From contig JBCCHT010000054.1 of assembly GCA_039028615.1 (NCBI GenBank), positions 20,696 to 84,695 on the forward strand: a stretch of DNA of 64,000 nt, in the 5' to 3' direction. Of the stretch, positions 1-9,826 are shown one piece after another. A model generated the notes under the pieces. It was given only the letters and a program-made list of their open reading frames with translations, searched no databases and was not told where the DNA came from. The position numbers were made by a program, and so were the translations under genes. The number at the start of each line of letters is the position of its first letter. The first letter of the stretch is position 1. Origin of the DNA: Myxococcota bacterium (GTDB taxonomy: Bacteria > Myxococcota_A > Polyangia > Nannocystales > Nannocystaceae).

Positions 1-1
1 G

Positions 2-622
2 GTCGCGTTCTCGGTCTTCTACAAGTACTTCGACTCACCCATCGAGCGAACCGCGGGTCCTCGTATCCCGCGCCTGGTCAGCTTCCGCAACGCCCTGCGG
101 GCGCAGAACGTGGGCGTCGAGCTCGAGGCCCGCAAGAACCTCGAGTTCATGGGCAAGGCCCTCAGCGGATTCTCGCTCGGCACCAACTTTGCCTACGTGT
201 TCTCGCGGGTCGAGCTGGGCGAGGTCTGCAACCCGGACCTCGACCCGACCTGCGAGACCGCGGTGCCCGACGTCTCGACCTCGCGAGAGCGACCGCTGCA
301 GGGCCAGTCCCCCTTCGTGGTCAACGCCTACCTCGACTATAGCGATGACGACAGCGGCACCTCCGCGCGCTTGCTCTACAACGCATTCGGACGCCGCATT
401 TTCGAGGTGGGTGGTCTGGGTCTCCCCGACACCTACGAAGAAGCGGTGCACGGCGTCGACTTCGTCCTCGGACAAGAGGTTTACGACGGCCTGACGTTGT
501 CCGCGGGGGTGGAGAACATCCTCAACTTCCCCCGGCGATTTACGCAGGGCAACGAGCGTGCCGTCACCAACCTGTGGTGGCCGGGCACGACCTTCACCCT
601 GGGTCTGTCCTACAAGATCTGA
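2..622 (+). CDS. TonB-dependent receptor, C-terminal part (5' end outside window)
   Basis: Frame open from base 2 (VAFSVFYKYFDSPIE...). Contains GVELEARK, RPLQGQSPFVVN, VENILN and a C-terminal beta-strand FTLGLSYKI typical of TBDR barrels. Confidence 0.85.
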   Translation, partial: VAFSVFYKYFDSPIERTAGPRIPRLVSFRNALRAQNVGVELEARKNLEFMGKALSGFSLGTNFAYVFSRVELGEVCNPDLDPTCETAVPDVSTSRERPLQGQSPFVVNAYLDYSDDDSGTSARLLYNAFGRRIFEVGGLGLPDTYEEAVHGVDFVLGQEVYDGLTLSAGVENILNFPRRFTQGNERAVTNLWWPGTTFTLGLSYKI

Positions 623-753
623 CCCGCCGGGCGCCTGATTCGTGACACAGAGTTGTTGTGGGTGATGCAGGGCCGTCACGCGAAGTCGCAATAACGCTCC
701 CGACCACAGCGGGCCCGCATCGCCGGGCCCGGTCACACAAGGAAAGATTCGAC

Positions 754-2115
754 ATGAAACGCCTCATTGGCTTGCAAGCCGTGCTTGCGCTTCCCCTTGC
801 TCTGACCGCCTGCCCCAGCGACGACACGAGCGAGGACGACACCTCGAACGCCGCCACCGAGGGCTCGGATGACGCCGGCGACGCCACCGACGGTGAGGAC
901 GAGTCGGGTGGTACCCCCGCTGGCTGCGCCGGACCCTCCGATGCCGACGCCCGCGTCGAGGTGCCCCTGGCGATCGACGGCGACACCACCTGGACCTGCG
1001 ACCAGGTCTACGTGCTGACCGGCATCAGCTTCGTCAACTCCGGCACCCTCACCATCGAGGCCGGCACCACCGTCCTCGGCGGCGCGGGCTCGGCCCTCGT
1101 CATCGACAAGGGCGGCCGCATCGACACGCAGGGCACCGCGGACGCGCCCGTCGTCATGACCTCCATCAACGTGGGCAACAACGCGGCTCGCGGCGACTGG
1201 GGTGGCCTGGCGCTCATCGGTACCGCCCCCACCAACGTGGGCGAGGGCGTGGCCGAGGGCTTTGCCGACGATCCCCCCACCTACGGTGGTGACGACGCCG
1301 CGCACGACTGCGGCAACCTCAGCTACACCCGCGTCGAGTGGGCCGGTAACGAGATCTCCCCGGGCAACGAGCTCAACGGGATCACCTTCTACGCCTGCGG
1401 CACCGGGACCACCGTCGACCACGTGCAGGTCCACATGGGCCTCGACGACGGCATCGAGATGTTCGGCGGCAGCTTCAGCGCCAGCAACATCGTGGTGACC
1501 GGCGCGGCCGATGACAGCATCGACTGCGACCAGGGCTTCACCGGTTCGCTGTCCGACGTGTTCATCCACCAGGACCCCGCCATCGGCGACAACTGCCTCG
1601 AGTGGTCCAACCAGGGTAACGACTTCGCCGCGACCCCGCTCAACAGCCCGAGCATCACCAACATGACTTGCATCGGGTCGGGCCCCAACGGCGACAAGAG
1701 CAAGGGCGTCACCATCAAGGAGGGCACCCAGGCTCGCATCCGTAACTCGTTGTTCGCCAACCTGACCAACGACTCGATCGTCCTGCAGAACCAGGCCACC
1801 CAGTCCCAGGCCGAGGGCGGCAACATCAACTTCGGCGGCACGCACTTCTGCGACGGCGGTACCTACATCGTCGACACCGACGACGAAGATCCCGATCCCG
1901 CCGGCTGGACCACCGAGGACTTCGGCGCGTGGGTCGTGGGCGACGGCGGTGGCATCGACGGCACCGCCTGTGGCCTCGGCTCCACCGACTGGGGCGGCGC
2001 CAATGTGCAGCCCGCCGCCGACGGAGCCCCCCAGGGCGACAGCGGCTACGCCGGAGCGGTCGACCCCGCGGGCGACGACTGGACCCAGGAGAGCTGGATC
2101 AACTACGGCGTCTAA
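754..2115 (+). CDS. Lipoprotein with right-handed beta-helix-like repeats, TBDR-associated
   Basis: ATG at 754 after AAGGA; lipobox LTAC; acidic linker; TLTIEAGT, GDWGGL and DDGIEMFGG/DDSIDCDQG repeats. Confidence 0.75.
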   Translation: MKRLIGLQAVLALPLALTACPSDDTSEDDTSNAATEGSDDAGDATDGEDESGGTPAGCAGPSDADARVEVPLAIDGDTTWTCDQVYVLTGISFVNSGTLTIEAGTTVLGGAGSALVIDKGGRIDTQGTADAPVVMTSINVGNNAARGDWGGLALIGTAPTNVGEGVAEGFADDPPTYGGDDAAHDCGNLSYTRVEWAGNEISPGNELNGITFYACGTGTTVDHVQVHMGLDDGIEMFGGSFSASNIVVTGAADDSIDCDQGFTGSLSDVFIHQDPAIGDNCLEWSNQGNDFAATPLNSPSITNMTCIGSGPNGDKSKGVTIKEGTQARIRNSLFANLTNDSIVLQNQATQSQAEGGNINFGGTHFCDGGTYIVDTDDEDPDPAGWTTEDFGAWVVGDGGGIDGTACGLGSTDWGGANVQPAADGAPQGDSGYAGAVDPAGDDWTQESWINYGV

Positions 2116-2144
2116 TCGCCGACCGTAGCCCCTTCCAGCCGCGA

Positions 2145-2182
2145 CGCCAGGTGCGAGGTCCCGCGGGGCCTTTCACCTGGCG
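2145..2182 (+). terminator. Hairpin, candidate intrinsic terminator
   Basis: cgccaggtg...cacctggcg inverted repeat with a GC-rich inner stem, 30 bp after the stop codon, followed by gttcgtttc. Confidence 0.5.
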
Positions 2183-2216
2183 CGTTCGTTTCGAACGCGC
2201 TGCTACCCTGCGGCCC

Positions 2217-4757
2217 GTGGCTCCCGCGCTGCCCATCGATGCCCTGCTGCCGCAGATCGAGGCCGCGCTGCGAGCGGGCCCCAACCTGGTGATCCAGGCC
2301 GATCCGGGCGCGGGCAAGACCACCCGCGTGCCCCCCGAGATGCTCGAGCGCGGGCTGGTGGGCAACGGAGAGCTGATCGTCGCGCAGCCGCGGCGACTCG
2401 CCGCCCGCATGGCCGCACACCGAGTCGCGTCACTGCTCGGCGAACCGGTGGGCAAGCGCGTGGGCTATCAGGTCCGCTTCGAATCCCGGGTGAGCGACGC
2501 AACGAGGATCCGCTTCGTCACCGAGGGTCTGCTGGTCCGACGACTCCGCGACGATCCCGAGCTACGCGGGGTGGCGGCCGTGGTGCTCGACGAGTTTCAC
2601 GAGCGCCACGTGGACACCGACCTCGCGCTGACGCTGCTGCGTCGGCTGCAACGGACCTCGCGGCCCGAGCTGCGCATCGTGGTGATGTCGGCGACGCTCG
2701 ACCCGGGGCCGGTCTCCGCGTTTCTCGATGCGCCCGCGTTGCGCTCGCCGGGGCGGAGCCATCCGGTGGAGATCGAGCACCGCACGATGCGGGGCGACCG
2801 AGAGCTCGGCGCTCGGGTGGGTGATGCTCTGCGACATCTCGGGCAGACCGGGCTCGATGGGAGCGTGCTGGTGTTTCTGCCGGGGGCGCGGGAGATCCGT
2901 CAGAGCGCGCAATCGTGCCGAGGCATCGCCGAGGGCCTGGGTTTGGAGATGGTGACCCTACACGGCGACCTGTCGGCGGCCGAGCAGGACCGGGCCGTCT
3001 CGGTGGGCGCGCGACCGCGGCTCATCTTGGCCACCAACATCGCGGAGACCTCGATCACCATCGAGGGCATCGCAGCGGTGATCGACAGCGGCCTGGTGCG
3101 ACGGCCCAGCCACGATCCCTGGTCGGGGCTGCCCACGCTGACCCTGGCCAAGATCTCCCGGGCCTCGGCCGAGCAGCGTGCGGGTCGGGCGGGTCGGACC
3201 CGCGCCGGTCGCTGCGTGCGGCTCTATGCTCAGCACGATCTCGAGCGCCGTCCCGCGTTCGACGAGCCCGAGCTGCGTCGACTCGATCTGGCCTCCGCCA
3301 TGCTCGATCTGCGGGCGCATGGCCTGAAAAGCGCGGACGATCTCGAGTGGCTCGACGTCCCGCCCACCGCATCAGTCGAGGCCGCGGAGACCCTGTTGCG
3401 GAGGCTCGATGCCGTCGACGACGAAGGCGAGGTCACCACGACCGGTCGCGAGATGCTGCGATATCCCGCTCATCCGCGCCTGGCCCGATTGCTCGTAGAA
3501 GCCCGCCAACGGGGTATTGCGGGCCATGGAGCGGCCGCGGCTGCGTTGCTGAGCGAGCGACCGCTGCGACGACACGACGCCAAGAGCACCGCCGCGGACG
3601 ACTCGGCCGTCGCTGATGTGTGGGCGGAGATCCAGCTGCTCGATCGAGCGGGCCGAGGCGGCGCGGGTGCCCATCGAGCGGGCGTGGACGCCGGGGCGCT
3701 GCACCAAGTCCAACGCGTGCGACGGCAGCTCGGCGAGCGCGTGGGTCGAACGAAGGCCAAGAGCAAGACCCCCGAAGATGACCTGTGCATGGCGCTGTTG
3801 GTCGCGTTCCCCGATCGAGTCGCCCGCGTCGAGGTCCGTCGCGGTGCCCCCGATCGCCTGGTGATGGCGGGCGGCGGCGAGGCGGAGCTGTCCGCGGGAT
3901 CGGTGGTGCACGGTGCCGAGCTGGTGGTCGCGGTCGCGGCCGAGCACCGCCAAGACCCCGGGCGCCGTAGTGCCCGAACCCTGGTCCGCAGCGCCGCGAC
4001 GATCGAGCCGGAGTGGCTGCTCGAGCTCGACGACGGCGCGCTCGTCGAGGACACCCGCGTGCACTTCGACCCCAAGGCCGAGCGCGTCGAGGCGTTCGCG
4101 GAGACCCGCTACGAAGGGCTGGTCATCGACTCGACCCCGCTGCAGCGAGTGCCCGCCGAAGCGGCCGCGATGCTATTCGAGGCGGCGCGCGCCAAGGGGC
4201 CACGAGCCTTCGCGCGCAACCCCGAAGCCTTCGACGCCTGGATGACCCGGGCCTCGTTCGTCGCGCAGCATCGCCCCGAGCTCGCCGTGCCGACCCCCGC
4301 CGACCTCGAGCGCGTGCTCCAGGCGATGTGCGAGGGACAGCGAAGCTTCGCCGCCCTGCGCAAGGCCGACCTGCTCGCGCGGGTCCAGGCCGACATGCCG
4401 CCCGAAGACCTCGCCGCCCTCGCTCGCCTCGCCCCCGACAAGGTGAAGCTGGCCGGAGGGCGGAACCTACGGGTGAACTACGAGATCGACCGACCCCCGT
4501 GGGTGCAGTCGCGCTTGCAGGACTTCTTCGGCTCGACCGAAGGCCCGACCGTCGTTCAGGGCCGAGTCCCGCTCGTTTTGCACCTGCTGGCGCCCAACCA
4601 ACGTGCGGTCCAGGTCACCACCGACCTGGCCGGATTCTGGACCCGCCACTATCCCGAGCTCCGCAAGGCGCTCATGCGGCGCTACCCGAAACACGCGTGG
4701 CCCGAAGATCCGCGCACCGCGAGCCCGCCTGCGCCTCGCCCTCGTCGACGTCGCTGA
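2217..4757 (+). CDS. hrpB: ATP-dependent RNA helicase HrpB
   Basis: PGAGKTT, DEFHERH, MSAT, TNIAETSITI, QRAGRAGR motifs; HrpB C-terminus LLAPNQRAVQVTTDLAGFW...RYPKHAWPEDP. GTG start inferred. Confidence 0.95.
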   Translation: MAPALPIDALLPQIEAALRAGPNLVIQADPGAGKTTRVPPEMLERGLVGNGELIVAQPRRLAARMAAHRVASLLGEPVGKRVGYQVRFESRVSDATRIRFVTEGLLVRRLRDDPELRGVAAVVLDEFHERHVDTDLALTLLRRLQRTSRPELRIVVMSATLDPGPVSAFLDAPALRSPGRSHPVEIEHRTMRGDRELGARVGDALRHLGQTGLDGSVLVFLPGAREIRQSAQSCRGIAEGLGLEMVTLHGDLSAAEQDRAVSVGARPRLILATNIAETSITIEGIAAVIDSGLVRRPSHDPWSGLPTLTLAKISRASAEQRAGRAGRTRAGRCVRLYAQHDLERRPAFDEPELRRLDLASAMLDLRAHGLKSADDLEWLDVPPTASVEAAETLLRRLDAVDDEGEVTTTGREMLRYPAHPRLARLLVEARQRGIAGHGAAAAALLSERPLRRHDAKSTAADDSAVADVWAEIQLLDRAGRGGAGAHRAGVDAGALHQVQRVRRQLGERVGRTKAKSKTPEDDLCMALLVAFPDRVARVEVRRGAPDRLVMAGGGEAELSAGSVVHGAELVVAVAAEHRQDPGRRSARTLVRSAATIEPEWLLELDDGALVEDTRVHFDPKAERVEAFAETRYEGLVIDSTPLQRVPAEAAAMLFEAARAKGPRAFARNPEAFDAWMTRASFVAQHRPELAVPTPADLERVLQAMCEGQRSFAALRKADLLARVQADMPPEDLAALARLAPDKVKLAGGRNLRVNYEIDRPPWVQSRLQDFFGSTEGPTVVQGRVPLVLHLLAPNQRAVQVTTDLAGFWTRHYPELRKALMRRYPKHAWPEDPRTASPPAPRPRRRR

Positions 4758-4801
4758 TCGTTTCGCCGGGCCGTTCCTGTACCCTGTCATGAGGCTTGCC
4801 C

Positions 4802-5344
4802 ATGACTACGGATACGAACGTCACCAACTTGCTCTTCCTGCTCTCGCTCGCCCCGCTCGGCACGGGCTGCATCATCACCACGTCGGACGACGATGGCTCC
4901 AACGATGACGCGGCGGATACCGACAACAACGCCACGACGGCCGCGACCAGCGAGACCGGCGATCCTCCGAGCGACACCACGGGCGCCGCCACCGACGACG
5001 GTGCGACCGTTGGAACCGCGGTCGCGACCACCGGGCTCGACACGGGCAGCGGCGACGGCCCGGCCACTGGCGACACCACCGAGGGCAGCAACCCCGGTGA
5101 GCTGTGCATGACCTACGCCGACCATCTGTCCTACGACTGCATCGGCGACGCCAAGGCCTACGACTCCTATTACTACCTGTGCAACGCCCGCTACGACGTC
5201 GCGCTCGAGGCCGGGGCCGATTGCCTGACCGCCGTCGAAGACGTCACCGCGTGCCTGTCCACCGTCGACTGCAAAGAGTGGTTCGCCGACGAGGCATGCC
5301 TGAAGGAAATCGCCGCGGTCCAAAAGGCCTGTCCTGCGGACTAG
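4802..5344 (+). CDS. Putative lipoprotein, Thr/Asp-rich linker and Cys-rich C-terminal domain
   Basis: Hydrophobic segment ending GTGC, low-complexity acidic linker, then a Cys-rich helical domain. Confidence 0.7.
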   Translation: MTTDTNVTNLLFLLSLAPLGTGCIITTSDDDGSNDDAADTDNNATTAATSETGDPPSDTTGAATDDGATVGTAVATTGLDTGSGDGPATGDTTEGSNPGELCMTYADHLSYDCIGDAKAYDSYYYLCNARYDVALEAGADCLTAVEDVTACLSTVDCKEWFADEACLKEIAAVQKACPAD

Positions 5345-5383
5345 AACTCATCTCGTAAACCCTCGTCGGGTGAGATGAGCTCT
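5343..5383 (+). terminator. Hairpin directly after stop codon
   Basis: ctcatctc...gagatgag inverted repeat with outer aga/tct pairing; no clear U tract. Confidence 0.35.
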
Positions 5384-5526
5384 AAGCGTGCGCTGGCTCC
5401 GAAGCGCCCCGCGGCTGTGGCGCTCGGCCCTTCGCGACCGCGAATCGTCCGTTTTCGCCGCGCTCGTGGTCGCGTGACGGTACGCCTGGCTTGACAACGC
5501 ACGCCGAACCGGGAAAACCGGGAGTC

Positions 5527-7224
5527 ATGCTCGAGCTCGGCGTTGCGAAGTCGGAGATCACTACCTACGAGCCACGCCTGGGCATGATGGGCTGGGCCAT
5601 GCTCCACAACTTCGTGGAGAGCGTGGCCACCCCCCTGCACGCGCGGGCCTTCGTGATGGTGGACCCCGCCGAGCAGCGCACCGTGGTGCTGGTGTGCTGC
5701 GAGCTGGCGCTCATCAGCCATGCGCTCCGCCAGCGGGTCATCGAGCGCCTCCGCGACTCGATCCCCGAGGCGAAGCTGGGTGAGGCCGAGCTGATGCTCA
5801 TGGCCACCCATACCCATAGCGGCCCGGGTGGCTTCACCCACTATCCCTTCTACAACATCACCATCCCGGGCTTTTCCTCCAAGGTGCTCGAGGACCTCGC
5901 CACGGGGATCGCCACTGCGGTGGAGACGGCCTGGCGCGGGCGAGCCCCCGGCCACGTGCGCTACGCGGAAGGAGCCTTTGCTCCCGAGATCCCCGTCGCC
6001 TGGAATCGCAGCATCGAGGCCTACAACCGCAACCCCGGCGTGACGCGGGTGACCAGCACCGAGCGCCACCTCGCCCTCGATCGCACCATGCGACTTTTGC
6101 GGTTCGAGGCCGAGGACGGCACTCCGCTCGGGTGCATCAACTGGTTCGCCGTGCACGGGACCTCGGTGCATAGCGACAACACGGCCCTGCACTTCGACAA
6201 CAAGGGCTACGCCGCGCAGCAGGTCGAGCAAGAGTTGGGCCGCCGCGGGCACGAAGGCTACGTCGCCGCGTTTGCCCAGGGCGCCACGGGAGACGTCACG
6301 CCCAACAACAACAAGCACCCCGGCAAGCCGTGGATGCGCGGGCGCTATGCCGACGACGACGCGAGCGCACGCTTTTCGGGCGAGCTCCAGTCCACGCAGG
6401 CCATCGCCCTGCTCGACCAGTCGCAGGACTCCGAGCCGCTGCCGGCCACGCTCGCCAGTGCCCACGCCTTCGAGGACTTCTCGAAGATCGAGGTCGACCC
6501 GCGCTACGTCGAGGGTCGCGAGGGGCTGCGCACCGCCCCGGCCGAGATCGGCCTGGCCATGTTCTTCGGCACCGAGGAAGGGCCCGGCCTGCCCCGGTCG
6601 CTGCGCTTCGTGCAGGGCATCGCCTCGGCCGTACGCAAGCGCTGGCGTCGGTTCGCGCCGCGGCAGACCTGGGCCGAGCACGCCGAGACCCAAGCCGAGA
6701 AGGTCCCACTGGTCGAGAGCGGACGGCGGCGCATCCTCGGCGTCTCGCGACTGTCCGCCCTGCCCCTGCCGTGGAACATCCACCCCGCGCTGCGCCTGGT
6801 CGGCGCGCTCGATGACGGCGTGGACGATCCCAAGCCCTGGACCCCGGCCATCTTGCCCGTGCACCTGGCCGTCATCGGCGGGGTCGCGATCGCGGCGGCG
6901 CCGGCCGAGCTCACCACCACCGCGGGTCGACTGCTGCGGGGCTCCATCGGCGAGCGTCTCGCCAGCATGGGCGTCACCAAGACCGTGCTGGCCGGCTACG
7001 CCAACGCCTACTCCGGGTACCTGACCACCCCCGAGGAGTACGAGCTGCAGGACTACGAGGGCGCCAGCACGCACTTCGGCAAGTGGACCCTCGGGGGCTA
7101 TCAGACCGTCTTCGATCGCCTCGCCCGCGGGCTCGTCGAGCCCGGCGTCGCGGTCATGCGCCGCACCGTCCTGCCCCCGAAGTTCGGCCGCGAAGAGCTC
7201 GCGGTGCGCAGCTTCTCCGGCTGA
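5527..7224 (+). CDS. Neutral/alkaline non-lysosomal ceramidase family protein
   Basis: ATHTHSGPGG, WFAVHGTS, DNKGYAA, GDVTPN, YANAYSGYLTTPEEYELQDYEGASTHFG motifs; ATG after GGAG. Confidence 0.9.
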   Translation: MLELGVAKSEITTYEPRLGMMGWAMLHNFVESVATPLHARAFVMVDPAEQRTVVLVCCELALISHALRQRVIERLRDSIPEAKLGEAELMLMATHTHSGPGGFTHYPFYNITIPGFSSKVLEDLATGIATAVETAWRGRAPGHVRYAEGAFAPEIPVAWNRSIEAYNRNPGVTRVTSTERHLALDRTMRLLRFEAEDGTPLGCINWFAVHGTSVHSDNTALHFDNKGYAAQQVEQELGRRGHEGYVAAFAQGATGDVTPNNNKHPGKPWMRGRYADDDASARFSGELQSTQAIALLDQSQDSEPLPATLASAHAFEDFSKIEVDPRYVEGREGLRTAPAEIGLAMFFGTEEGPGLPRSLRFVQGIASAVRKRWRRFAPRQTWAEHAETQAEKVPLVESGRRRILGVSRLSALPLPWNIHPALRLVGALDDGVDDPKPWTPAILPVHLAVIGGVAIAAAPAELTTTAGRLLRGSIGERLASMGVTKTVLAGYANAYSGYLTTPEEYELQDYEGASTHFGKWTLGGYQTVFDRLARGLVEPGVAVMRRTVLPPKFGREELAVRSFSG

Positions 7225-7230
7225 CCCACC

Positions 7231-9789
7231 CTAGCGTCGACGGCGTCGGCCGACCGCGCCGAGCACCAACAGCGCCAGGCCGGCCCCCGACCAGGGCGAG
7301 CCCGTGCCCGAGCGGCAGCTGCATCCGCCACCGCCTACACCGCCCACACCGCCGACGCCGGTCTCGCTGCCCGAGCCGCTGCCGCTGCTGGAGCCGTCGT
7401 CGTCACCGAGCCCGCCGGTCGTCGATTCGTCGGCGCCGCTGGTGCTGGTGCTCTCGTCGCCGTTGCCCGTGTCCGGGTCGGGGACGTTGATGGTGCAGTC
7501 GTTGGCGCACTCGTCGGTGTCGTCGTCGTTCCCGTCGTCGCACTCCTCGGTGCCTTCCCAGACGATCCCGTCACCGCAGCTGGCCGCGGCGCAGGTGTCG
7601 AGGCATGCGTCGGTGTTGTCGTCGTTCCCGTCGTCGCACTCCTCGGAGCCCTTGCGGACGAAGCCGTCCCCGCACTCGGCGAACTCGCAGTTCGACAGGC
7701 AGGTGTCGGTGTCGTCGTCGTTGCCGTCGTCGCAGTTCTCGAACTTGTAGTTGATGAAGCCGTCCCCGCAGACGCCAGCGATGCAGGTGTTGAGGCACTC
7801 GTCGGTGTTGTCGTCGTTGCCGTCGTCGCACTCCTCGATGCCAACGTTGACGAAGCCGTCTCCGCAGCTCGCAGGGGCGCAGTTGGACAGGCACTCGTCC
7901 TCGTCGCTGAGGTTGCCGTCGTCGCACAGCTCGACGCCGTCGTGCACGAAGCCGTCCCCGCAGCTGGCGGGCACGCAGGTGTCGAGGCAGTCGTTGGTGT
8001 TGTCGAGGTCGCCGTCGTCGCAGGCCTCCATGCCCGCCCACACGAAGCCATCGCCGCAGCTGGCCGCCTCGCAGGTGCTCAGGCATTCGTCGGTGTCGTC
8101 GGCGTTCGCGTCGTCGCAGGCCTCCAACCCGGCCCACACGAGCCCGTCGCCACAGCTGGCCGCCTCGCAGGTGCTCAGGCATTCGTCGGTGTCGTCGGCG
8201 TTCGCGTCGTCGCAGGCTTCCACCCCGGCCCACACGAAGCCGTCGCCGCAGCTGGCGAGCTGGCAGGTGGAGCCGATGCATCCGTCGGTGTCGTCGAGGT
8301 TGCCGTCGTCGCAGGCCTCCATCGCGGGGTAGAGCACCCCGTCGCCGCACACGGGCGCGGTGCAGTCGTTGCGGCAGCCGTCGCTGTCGATGGCGTTGCC
8401 GTCGTCGCAGTCCTCGCCGATGTCGAGCACCCCGTCGCCGCAGGGCGTCGCCTGGCAGGTCGGGCTGCACTCGTCACCGTCTTCGAGGTTGCCGTCGTCG
8501 CAGGCCTCGCCTGCATCCACGATGCCGTCGCCACAGCACGTCGCATGCACGCGGATCATCGCCTCGATCGGGCCGCTGGGTGTGCCCAGCAGAACCTCGA
8601 TGTAGATCGAGCCATCGTCCCCGAGCGCCCGCCCGGGCGTGCCCGAGGTCGGCAGGATGTCGTTGACGAAGAGCCCGTCGCCGATGGTGTCGCCGTCGAT
8701 GTCGAGCTCGTCCCCGATGGAGATCACCGCCTGGCTCGTGGGCGGCATGGCCTCGGGGTTACAGGAGAAGAACACCGTCTCCTGGCCCGCGCCGTAGCTC
8801 CACGCGTGGGCCAGCCGCCCGTGCCCGTCGATGGCCAAGAAGCGCACGTTGGCGGGTGTGGTCAGCTCGAGCCCGGCGATCGTCTCCCCCTCGCTCACGA
8901 TGATGTCGCCGCCGTACGCGACGAAGTCATCCGTCTCCGGGACGAGGTTGGTGTCACCCGAGAACGCGTACTGCCCCGCGTCGTTGATGGTGACCAGCTC
9001 GAAGTTGCTCCACGCCTCGAGCCCGAGGATCACGTCCCCTTCGCGGGCCACCAGCGCCCCGTCGACGTAGACGAAGTCGTCGTCGAGCGGGTCCCCCGTG
9101 TCCATGTGCAGCACGGAGATCAGGTGCTGCTCGTCGCGCGAGACCTGGTAGTCGAAGTCGATGCCGCTGGGGCTGGCGATGGTGAAGCCGCCGATGTCGT
9201 CCCCGGAGGAGAGCACCACCTCGGCCGTGCTCCCGGGGGCCGTACCGCGACGCATCAGCACCCGCTGCTGAGTCGCGCCCGCGCCCGTGTCGTCGATCCC
9301 CGAGACCCACCAGACCGTCCCGTTCGCCGCCATCGTGGGGCGCGAGTGGAACGTGGACAAAAACCCCTCGGGCTGGCCCGCGGCCGGCTGCCCCTCGAGC
9401 GCGAACACCCCCTGGTCGGTGTAGAGCCCGTCGACGCCATCGATGGTGGGCCGATAGACGAACGCCCCTGCGCCGTTGGTCCCCATGGAGACCTCGGCGT
9501 CACCGAGCACCACCGCCATCTCATTGCTGCCCAGCCAGATCACCTGGTCGTCGCGCCAGACGAACTGGTCGTCGTCGTCGAGCGCTCCCGTGAACGCGAC
9601 GGTGCCGTCCGCCTCCACGAAGGGCGCCCGGATGTTCGCCACCACGGCGGTCGTTCCCGGCACCGCGTCTCCCTGCTGCAAGACCACGTCTCCCGGCACC
9701 ACGGCAGCCGAGGCGATCGAGGGCACGAGCACCCACGCGAAGGAGAGGACCGAGCGAACCAAGGAGGACGCAGAAGGAAAGCAAGCCAT
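7231..9789 (-). CDS. Surface protein with 11 Myxococcus Cys-rich (DUF4215-like) repeats and MYXO-CTERM sorting signal
   Basis: Signal-like N-terminus, a likely beta-propeller domain, 11 CGDG-x-E-x-CDD repeats, C-terminal GCSCR...hydrophobic...RRRRR. Start codon uncertain. Confidence 0.85.
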   Translation of the reverse strand: MACFPSASSLVRSVLSFAWVLVPSIASAAVVPGDVVLQQGDAVPGTTAVVANIRAPFVEADGTVAFTGALDDDDQFVWRDDQVIWLGSNEMAVVLGDAEVSMGTNGAGAFVYRPTIDGVDGLYTDQGVFALEGQPAAGQPEGFLSTFHSRPTMAANGTVWWVSGIDDTGAGATQQRVLMRRGTAPGSTAEVVLSSGDDIGGFTIASPSGIDFDYQVSRDEQHLISVLHMDTGDPLDDDFVYVDGALVAREGDVILGLEAWSNFELVTINDAGQYAFSGDTNLVPETDDFVAYGGDIIVSEGETIAGLELTTPANVRFLAIDGHGRLAHAWSYGAGQETVFFSCNPEAMPPTSQAVISIGDELDIDGDTIGDGLFVNDILPTSGTPGRALGDDGSIYIEVLLGTPSGPIEAMIRVHATCCGDGIVDAGEACDDGNLEDGDECSPTCQATPCGDGVLDIGEDCDDGNAIDSDGCRNDCTAPVCGDGVLYPAMEACDDGNLDDTDGCIGSTCQLASCGDGFVWAGVEACDDANADDTDECLSTCEAASCGDGLVWAGLEACDDANADDTDECLSTCEAASCGDGFVWAGMEACDDGDLDNTNDCLDTCVPASCGDGFVHDGVELCDDGNLSDEDECLSNCAPASCGDGFVNVGIEECDDGNDDNTDECLNTCIAGVCGDGFINYKFENCDDGNDDDTDTCLSNCEFAECGDGFVRKGSEECDDGNDDNTDACLDTCAAASCGDGIVWEGTEECDDGNDDDTDECANDCTINVPDPDTGNGDESTSTSGADESTTGGLGDDDGSSSGSGSGSETGVGGVGGVGGGGCSCRSGTGSPWSGAGLALLVLGAVGRRRRR
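7490..8537 (-). repeat. Intragenic tandem repeat, ~96-bp unit (Cys-rich repeats)
   Basis: Eleven ~32-aa units; the units at 8057 and 8153 share an identical ~65-bp stretch. Confidence 0.9.
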
Positions 9790-9826
9790 GACCTCGCCGA
9801 TGATATCGGCAAGCGGGCGGCCGCGA

